In this document: piece after piece, positions 26,044-32,000 of the stretch
Numbering within the stretch: position 1 is the first letter of the stretch
How the letters are laid out: every line of letters begins with the position of its first letter
DNA from: Microcystis aeruginosa NIES-843
Lineage (GTDB): Bacteria; Cyanobacteriota; Cyanobacteriia; Cyanobacteriales; Microcystaceae
Assembly (NCBI RefSeq): GCF_000010625.1
Contig: NC_010296.1
Coordinates: 3,690,001 to 3,722,000 of the forward strand
Reading direction: 5' to 3'
DNA length: 32,000 nt
Made by a program: the position numbers and the translations under genes
The notes under the pieces: model-generated
Told to the model about the DNA's origin: nothing
Database searches by the model: none
Seen by the model: the letters and a program-made list of their open reading frames with translations, nothing else

Positions 26044-26230
26044 GGTTCTTCGTTACTTGGTATGGTTCGATAGGGGGTCATAAATCGACTAAATCCTTAT
26101 CTGGTAAGAGACTTAATTGATTAGTTCGCTCTAGATCAAAAATAATTGACAAAAATCGCTAAATGCCTTTCTATATAAGGGTTCCATCCCTTATAACCCC
26201 CGTCCATTGCATAACAATTACCGAAGAGCC
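26044..26230. mobile_element. 187-bp MITE with ISL3-type termini, copy 3, inside IS1
   Basis: Identical to 2434..2620. Perfect 8-bp TSD ATAAAACC (26036..26043 and 26231..26238). Confidence 0.9.
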
Positions 26231-26453
26231 ATAAAACCGTCTCTGACGAAACCAAACAATTAATTGATAAACTCTTGCTCGAACGAATTTCCTTGCGAGG
26301 AATTGCTAGAGTAACAGGGGTAAGTTGGTCATGGTTACAAAACTATGTCAACAATAAACTGGCGGCTGTCCCCCGTCAAATAAAGGTTTCGGACAAACCA
26401 AAAGGTAAATTGGTTAGAGAATGTGATGAGATGTGGTCTTGGGTTTTTTCTAA

Positions 26454-26882
26454 CTGGACTTCCCCCATACAGAAATACTAAAAAATCAACAAAACCCTTA
26501 CTGCATGGAGCTTCTCAGAAAAAATTGACAAGCCGCTACTGGGTACATTTTTCGCTTGAAAATGGCTGTACCGTTGACTGTATCTGGAGTAGAGCGATTC
26601 CGTAGAGTTGGCTGTATAGTGATCGCTAACCTCATTGTAACAGATGGTGTCATTAATCTCTAGAGTCAGCGATTCCCTCTGTAGCCATGTTTTTGCTGGT
26701 TTTCTGCCCCGAAACAAGCTATAATGGTCGAAAGGTCAAATTTGAAAATTTTTGCCTCAAACCCTATCAGCGTAAGGACTTCAGGAGTTTGTGTCCAGTA
26801 GTCCATTAGTATTATATGGCTTTAACTCAGGCTCTATAAGACTTTTAGCCATAGCTAGTATGTTTATACGGGGGAAGTCCAG
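26454..26882. mobile_element. 429-bp MITE inside IS1
   Basis: TIRs: CTGGACTTCCCCCATACAGAAATACTA (left) and CTGGACTTCCCCCGTATAAACATACTA (right, reverse complement). 6-bp TSD TTCTAA (26448..26453 and 26883..26888). Removing it restores ...WSWVFSKTIKVYIW... Confidence 0.8.
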
Positions 26883-27540
26883 TTCTAAGACGATAAAGGT
26901 TTATATTTGGCGGTTAATTGATAGAAAGACAAGAGAAATTATTGGTTGCTATGCGCGGAGATAGGAGTCGTCAATCAGCTAAAAAACTTTGGGGCCAGTT
27001 TACCAGGTGTTTACCGACAATGCGCGGTTGCTTACACAGACTTTTGGGAGTCCTATAAGACAGTAATTCCTAGTAAACGTCATCGGGCAGTAGGTAAAGA
27101 AACTGGTCAAACTAATCATATTGAAAGATTAAATAATACCTTTCGACAAAGGATTTCTCGGCTGGTGAGAGAGAGTCTATCTTTCTCTAAAAAAATGGAG
27201 AATCACGTTGGGGAGTCCTTTGGTATTTTATCCATGACTACAATGCACAGCAAAGCAAAGGATTAAGCCGCCATCACTACTACCGAATCACCACCAAAGC
27301 CTAGTCCCTAGCTAATCAGGGTTGGCTGAAAAAGTCTGAAATGCCGCTAGGAAAAAGGTTTCGACTCAATAAAGCGATCGCCCCTCTTGTAGGTTGGGTT
27401 GAGGAATGAAACCCAACACAGAATTAGATAACCAACTAAAATAATCTATACTAAGCCAATAAAGCCTGTTTTATTGGGTTTCTTGCATCCTATTAACAGT
27501 ATGCTAAAACTAATAATTAATATCATCGTCGCAATCACTC

Positions 27541-28191
27541 GTGGACTGGAGACAACAACTGATTATTTTTACCCGTTATCCGGAATTGGGGAAAGTAAAA
27601 ACCCGTATGATTCCAGCTTTGGCAGCCGAGGGAGCCGAAGAATTACACCGAAAACTGGCCGAATATACTCTCGGTAAATTAGCGGGTTTGAGGAATTTTC
27701 TCTCCCTGATCATTTACTACCATGGCGGCAGCGAGGAAAAAATGCGTACTTGGTTAGGTGTGCATTATTCCTATCATTCTCAACGGGGAAAAGACTTAGG
27801 AGAAAAGATGCAAAATGCTTTTGCCGATGGTTTTGCTCAAGGGATAACAGCGATCGCTATTATTGGCACAGATTGCCCAGAAATCGGGGAAAAAGAGATT
27901 TTATCAGCCTTTGAGGCCTTAAAAACCCACGATATGGTTTTAGGGCCGGCGTTAGATGGGGGATACTACCTAATTGCTTTAAAACAGGTCTTTCCAGAGC
28001 TTTTTGACGGTATTCCCTGGGGAACGGGGGAAGTCTTGGAAAAAACTCAGACAATCGCCGCTAAACTGGCTTTAAAAACCGCTTATCTGCCTAAATTAGC
28101 CGATATTGATCGTCCGGAAGACCTGCCCATCTTAAAAAATTATCTGCCGGAATTAAGGTTGAACGATGACGGGGGTTCCCATGCGGACTAA
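27541..28191 (+). CDS. DUF2064 / TIGR04282-type glycosyltransferase-like protein
   Basis: GTG start. The patterns LIIFTRYPELGKVKTRM and IGTDCPE...GPALDGGYYLIAL are typical of DUF2064. Confidence 0.6.
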   Translation: MDWRQQLIIFTRYPELGKVKTRMIPALAAEGAEELHRKLAEYTLGKLAGLRNFLSLIIYYHGGSEEKMRTWLGVHYSYHSQRGKDLGEKMQNAFADGFAQGITAIAIIGTDCPEIGEKEILSAFEALKTHDMVLGPALDGGYYLIALKQVFPELFDGIPWGTGEVLEKTQTIAAKLALKTAYLPKLADIDRPEDLPILKNYLPELRLNDDGGSHAD

Positions 28192-28683
28192 ATCAAACAA
28201 CACTTTCACATCCCGATTCCGCATCCGCACACAACCATGGGAAGCGGCACTACCGAGGGAATTTTCTGCGGGGGTGCCATGAAAACCGATGGAATTTTTG
28301 CCGTCACTCCAAAAACCGATCCATCTTTCCCCTAGGGGACTATTGGGACCGGGGGTGCTGACTTTTCCCGTCCAGGGACTTTTCCAGACGGGATTGCGAA
28401 CTAATTCCCGCACTTCAAATTTACCGGTGGGGGTTTCCCAGCCTTTTTTGCCGACGGCGACGGTAAATTGTGCTAAAACTTGCTTATCTTGATAAACGTA
28501 AACTTTTCTCTCTTTCAATTTTAAGACCAGATGGGTGGCGAGAGTTTGATTGGCCGCCGTATTCGGGGTGACGGTGCTGATTTGGTTAGCTTGGGCCGGA
28601 TATACGGGTAAACAAGTTAATCCTAATCCGATGATTAAGAGGGTCAAATTTCGTTTGAACGCCATTGTTCCCACACTCCTCAA
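28153..28683 (-). CDS. L,D-transpeptidase (YkuD domain) with N-terminal signal/anchor
   Basis: Catalytic context GFHGTP...SHGCVRM. Hydrophobic N-terminus LTLLIIGLGLTCLPVYPAQA. Confidence 0.8.
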   Translation of the reverse strand: MRSVGTMAFKRNLTLLIIGLGLTCLPVYPAQANQISTVTPNTAANQTLATHLVLKLKERKVYVYQDKQVLAQFTVAVGKKGWETPTGKFEVRELVRNPVWKSPWTGKVSTPGPNSPLGERWIGFWSDGKNSIGFHGTPAENSLGSAASHGCVRMRNRDVKVLFDLVRMGTPVIVQP

Positions 28684-28743
28684 TTGCGATAGCGATAATT
28701 TTTAAGGATAGCAAATAGGGAACTTTTTGGAAGCTCAAGCCGC

Positions 28744-29049
28744 TTACACTGTGCCGGTTTTAGCTTCGTACTGCCGACAACCTTCACAGGGACCTGTGGG
28801 ATTAACCGCACAACGCAAGTGGGGGGAATAGGCATTAAAACGACAACTAAGATCACCGATCAAGGCCGGTTTATTTTCTGTCTCTACAGGGATTGACAAA
28901 AAATCACTGGCAATCACCGTGCTGTATTCGTGACGATAGCGAATCCCTCTCAAACGGTTGCTTAATCTCTGTTGGGATCGGTTAATCAACCAGAGACTAA
29001 CGAGAGAGGGAAAGAGGGCGAGGATAAAAACAAAGGTTATCCTGATCAC
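28744..29049 (-). CDS. Membrane-anchored paralog of the four-Cys-motif protein
   Basis: N-terminal TM helix (IRITFVFILALFPSLVSLWLI). C-terminal GDLSCRFNAYSPHLRCAVNPTGPCEGCRQYEA. Confidence 0.7.
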   Translation of the reverse strand: MIRITFVFILALFPSLVSLWLINRSQQRLSNRLRGIRYRHEYSTVIASDFLSIPVETENKPALIGDLSCRFNAYSPHLRCAVNPTGPCEGCRQYEAKTGTV

Positions 29050-29108
29050 GATTTCAGTTTAGGCGATCGCCAGTGCTGCTAACTTATTATTGAGGCCGGC
29101 GCTAGAAA

Positions 29109-29516
29109 TTAGGCCATAACCAGGGAAGACTTAAGGGGTTCTTCCTTTTTGCTTTCATAAACTCCCGCAGTACTGGGGAATCCTCTGGTTAGTTCCCGCA
29201 CTTTAATCTCACCTGCTTGCAGGGATTTGGTCAAAATTTCCATGGCAACCACGGGTTTACCCGCACCACAGAAGAATAAATCGGCGGCGAAATAGCCGTG
29301 TTCAGGCCAGGTGTGGATCGCGATATGAGATTCAGCTAAAGTCGCCGTCGCGGTAACTCCGTGGGGACTGAACTGGTGGACACACAAATCGATCAGCGTT
29401 GCTTCTCCTGCCGTAATTCCATCGAGGATAGCGCGACGAATGCGCTCGGGATCGTTGAGGAGGTCAGCAGGTACTTGCCAAGCATCGACAATCAAATGGG
29501 TTCCCAGTTTGGTCAT
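29109..29516 (-). CDS. speH: S-adenosylmethionine decarboxylase proenzyme (small bacterial type)
   Basis: LGTHLIVD...LAESHIAIHTWPEHGYFAADLFFCG contains the self-processing E-S site and flanking motif. Confidence 0.8.
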   Translation of the reverse strand: MTKLGTHLIVDAWQVPADLLNDPERIRRAILDGITAGEATLIDLCVHQFSPHGVTATATLAESHIAIHTWPEHGYFAADLFFCGAGKPVVAMEILTKSLQAGEIKVRELTRGFPSTAGVYESKKEEPLKSSLVMA

Positions 29517-29649
29517 TTTTTTTTCAATACTCCCTATCGAAAAACCTTCACAGATTCACCAGTATAACACAATTTTTCTAACTTGTGAAAAAAAAATCAG
29601 GTTTTTCTCGGGTACTTTCCCTAAAAAGCTGAGACAGAGCAGGGGAGAA

Positions 29650-29680
29650 GGGTGTGGGGTGTGGGGTGTGGGGTGTGGGG
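29650..29680 (+). repeat. GGGGTGT heptamer array (G-quadruplex-type motif)
   Basis: GGGTGTGGGGTGTGGGGTGTGGGGTGTGGGG, read directly. Confidence 0.9.
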
Positions 29681-29697
29681 CGAAGGCTTACGTCTGC

Positions 29698-29754
29698 TTG
29701 ACAATAGTATCGTTAGGCGTTAGAATTTGATCATCAGTGCACCAGTGATCAATT
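29698..29754 (+). promoter_or_regulatory. Candidate sigma-70-type promoter and operator of higBA
   Basis: TTGACA (29698..29703), a 17-nt spacer, then TAGAAT (29721..29726). It is followed by the imperfect palindrome TTGATCATCAGTG/CACCAGTGATCAA, which ends at the higB ATG. Confidence 0.5.
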
Positions 29755-30039
29755 ATGATAGTCAAATTCAAGTCCGAAGAGACTAAGCTCATTTTCGAGG
29801 GGTTTCAGTCTCGTCACTATCCCCCTGATATTCAATCGGTCGCTCTACGAAAACTGCTAATCCTTGCAGCGGCGTTATCGATCAATGATCTGCGTGTCCC
29901 ACCGGGTAATCGGTTGGAGAAGTTGCAGGGCGATCGTCAGGGCCAGTACAGCATCCGTATTAATGACCAATGGAGAATTTGCTTCATTTGGACTGATGAA
30001 GGCAATGCTGATCAGGTAGAGATAGTGGACTACCACTAA
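29755..30039 (+). CDS. higB: HigB-type (RelE/ParE superfamily) toxin
   Basis: 94 aa. LRVPPGNRLEKLQGDRQGQYSIRINDQWRICF pattern. Toxin-first order with a HigA gene 15 nt downstream. Confidence 0.8.
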   Translation: MIVKFKSEETKLIFEGFQSRHYPPDIQSVALRKLLILAAALSINDLRVPPGNRLEKLQGDRQGQYSIRINDQWRICFIWTDEGNADQVEIVDYH

Positions 30040-30054
30040 AATTAGCTAAATGCA

Positions 30055-30408
30055 ATGAACAGCAACACTTCGACACATTTCGACAGGCTCAATGTAAAAG
30101 CTCAGTTCCACCGTTTGCCAAATATCCATCCCGGTGAAATCCTCAAGTTAGATTTTCTGGAACCGCTCAATATTACCCCCTACAGACTGAGCAAAGATTT
30201 AAGCGTAGCTCAAACTCGTATCGGTGAGATTTTAGCTGGTAAGCGTAGTATCACTGCGGACACAGCTTTGCGTCTGTCACGATATTTTGGTAACAGTCCT
30301 CAGTTTTGGCTGAATCTTCAAACAGACTACGATCTCCGTCAAGCTCAGACAAAGAATGCCGAAGTTTATAACCAAATTCCTATTACTCCATTTACAGATT
30401 TAGCTTAG
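30055..30408 (+). CDS. higA: HigA-type antitoxin (XRE HTH)
   Basis: IHPGEILKLDFLEPLNITPYRLSKDLSVAQTRIGEILAGKRSITADTALRLSRYFGNSPQFWLNLQ. Confidence 0.8.
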   Translation: MNSNTSTHFDRLNVKAQFHRLPNIHPGEILKLDFLEPLNITPYRLSKDLSVAQTRIGEILAGKRSITADTALRLSRYFGNSPQFWLNLQTDYDLRQAQTKNAEVYNQIPITPFTDLA

Positions 30409-30418
30409 GGGACTAATT

Positions 30419-31072
30419 TTATCTAGGAGGGGGGACGGGATTAGTGGGGACGGTGGGACTGGGAGAAGCGGCGGGAATGGGTGGATTTTCGGGTTTACGG
30501 ACTTGGGGGACGGGTAACAGATAGAAAAGTAGGGCGCAAGCGACAAGACTGCCTAATCCTGCCAAAAAAGGTACTGTTCGACCGGCCACCGATTCATTGA
30601 CCTTATGGTAGCGACGGGAAACTGGCTGTAATTTCAGGGTTAGGTCAGGTAAAGTGCGAGTATCAGCAAAAAATTGGTCAATCGCTTCTATCAAATCGAA
30701 TAACTGCACGGTACTGATTTCTATCTTGACCGGACTTTCCGGGATATTCAAGTCCGTTGATGGATACCAGACCAGACGATGGAGATTATGGTCAATCTTT
30801 TCTAGGTACACATGATCTGGTTCATGGACGGGGTCTTGGGGATGACGAACACCACTCAAAAATTCTTGGGCATACTGACTGACCGCTTGTACCAAATTTT
30901 CCAAGAAAACCCGACCACCTTGCAGGACTTTATTGGCCCCGATTAACCGACATTCTACGTTAGTCAAAATTGAGAGTAAAGGTCGGCTATCACCGGGGTT
31001 AGCTGGGGCGAAATCATCGCCGAAACCATCGAGAATCAGGGTACAATTGGGCAGGCTATACTGTCTTCTCAT
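30419..31072 (-). CDS. DUF4335-like protein with a Pro-rich C-terminal tail after a TM segment
   Basis: N-terminal RRQYSLPNCTLILDG is recalled as the DUF4335 signature. The family name is from memory. Confidence 0.5.
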   Translation of the reverse strand: MRRQYSLPNCTLILDGFGDDFAPANPGDSRPLLSILTNVECRLIGANKVLQGGRVFLENLVQAVSQYAQEFLSGVRHPQDPVHEPDHVYLEKIDHNLHRLVWYPSTDLNIPESPVKIEISTVQLFDLIEAIDQFFADTRTLPDLTLKLQPVSRRYHKVNESVAGRTVPFLAGLGSLVACALLFYLLPVPQVRKPENPPIPAASPSPTVPTNPVPPPR

Positions 31073-31074
31073 TT

Positions 31075-31701
31075 TTACACTATCTCCCCATCAAATAAAC
31101 TAATCCAAAACCGCTGCATTCCCGTCGTACCAGTACAAAATAATAACTGATCGAGGAGGGATAAAGCCAGTTCATTTAAAGCATTTTCATCGGCTAGATA
31201 AACCGATACTTTGGCCCGGCGGGGGTTCATGCGACTGCGAAAATTGGAGCGAAATCTTTCTAGGTATTCTGATAAAAGAAAATTATTATCCACGGGTAAA
31301 CCCTTTGATTCCATCTGTTGCCGCGCTAACAGTAATTGTCGGATGGATATAGCTAGGGGTTTGGCCCGGTAACTGGCAATGATAACTAAAGCTTTTGCTT
31401 GGTCAAGGGTGAGACGGTCGAGGGTGTAGGAAATTCGCCACGGATTAGTACAGCGTAAGCGCCAGAAAATAATCCGGTTTTTGACAATTTTATCGAGTCC
31501 TAGTTCTTTACAGAGGGCTAACAGGGCCTCCCCGGCACCGACTTCTAAGGATTCCAACGCTAACAGCATTAAATCGATATGCTGTTGGAGATGTAGGGCG
31601 CATTGCTGACTGGCAATCGGAAAATCGGGTAAAACGCTTAAAATAACTGGTTTTTCTGGGGCTGATGCTGTAGATTCGGGCGTTAGGCTAGTAGAGGTCA
31701 T
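31075..31701 (-). CDS. DUF3038-like protein
   Basis: 208-aa ORF ending 2 nt before the downstream gene starts (operon-like). Family name from memory of the DUF3038/DUF4335 neighbourhood in cyanobacteria. Confidence 0.45.
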   Translation of the reverse strand: MTSTSLTPESTASAPEKPVILSVLPDFPIASQQCALHLQQHIDLMLLALESLEVGAGEALLALCKELGLDKIVKNRIIFWRLRCTNPWRISYTLDRLTLDQAKALVIIASYRAKPLAISIRQLLLARQQMESKGLPVDNNFLLSEYLERFRSNFRSRMNPRRAKVSVYLADENALNELALSLLDQLLFCTGTTGMQRFWISLFDGEIV

Positions 31702-31791
31702 GATATAGGAGAACTAAAACACAAGGGCGATCGAGTCAGGGTGTTGTAAATTGTATTGTATATATAAGTAGGTAGGTGTTAAAAGTTCTCA

Positions 31792-31841
31792 GATCCCCCC
31801 GCCTATCGGCACCCCCCTTATCAAGGGGGGCAGGGGGGATC
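31792..31841. repeat. Nested C-run/G-run inverted repeat
   Basis: GATCCCCCCGCC...CCCCCCTTATCAAGGGGGG...CAGGGGGGATC. An inner 19-nt palindrome sits inside an outer pair. Confidence 0.7.
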
Positions 31842-31917
31842 AGAGGCAAAATCTATCTTCAATTTAATTATAACTACTTACTTAGCTGTCCCCCATTTTA
31901 CGAGACACGGAAACCGA

Positions 31918-32000
31918 ATGGATCTGAAATCACTGATTCGCGATATTCCTGACTTTCCCAAACCGGGTATTGTCTTCCGCGATATTACTACCCTACTCAA
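31918..32000 (+). CDS. apt: Adenine phosphoribosyltransferase, N-terminal 27 codons (continues beyond the right edge)
   Basis: [27 protein letters not shown] matches the conserved Apt N-terminus. Confidence 0.7.
   Translation, partial: MDLKSLIRDIPDFPKPGIVFRDITTLL

Larger units (their letters stand above)
25714..27295 (+). mobile_element. Decayed IS1-family element with two nested MITEs
   Basis: TIRs: GGTAATGATTTGGTAGTAGTG (left) and GGTGGTGATTCGGTAGTAGTG (right, reverse complement). InsA-like zinc finger CPNCGSHHTIKNG...GKECGRQ. Then ISLRGIARVTGVSWSWLQNYV and CDEMWSWV|FSKTIKVYIWRLIDRKTREIIG, and ...LPGVYRQCAVAYTDFWESYKTVIPSKRHRAVGKETGQTNHIERLNNTFRQRISRLVRESLSFSKK. There are at least two 1-nt frameshifts near 26950..27000. 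No ATG and no flanking TSD seen. Confidence 0.75.

Overview
This 32-kb chromosomal window looks cyanobacterial and Microcystis-like: GCGATCGC (HIP1) sites are frequent, heptamer micro-repeats occur in intergenic DNA, and the IS/MITE load is very high. The taxon is inference only. Core genes are an ArgZ/AgrE-like arginine dihydrolase (partial, left edge, missing from the ORF track), sulfiredoxin, an M28 peptidase, a flavin amine oxidase, an 841-aa nucleotidyltransferase/phosphomutase fusion, tRNA-Arg(CCU), an RDD protein, bioF, a DUF2064-type protein, an L,D-transpeptidase, speH, a DUF3038/DUF4335-like pair and apt (partial, right edge). Six IS elements of different families are interspersed: ISL3; IS630 with an IS30 nested inside; a TnpB-only IS200/IS605 element; a decayed IS5-like element; and a decayed IS1-like element carrying two nested MITEs. 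At least six MITE copies have readable terminal inverted repeats and target-site duplications. Three host genes can be rebuilt in frame by removing the insertions. There are many type II toxin-antitoxin modules, most of them decayed. The most unusual signal is in the accessory islet between bioF and the IS1 element (about 20.4-25.3 kb). Two 86-bp structured elements there have the architecture of integron attC sites and obey the cassette-boundary complementarity rule. One of them follows an overlapping gene pair encoding a small protein and a retropepsin-like protease. No integrase is present in the window. All family names come from motifs read in the translations; no database search was possible.
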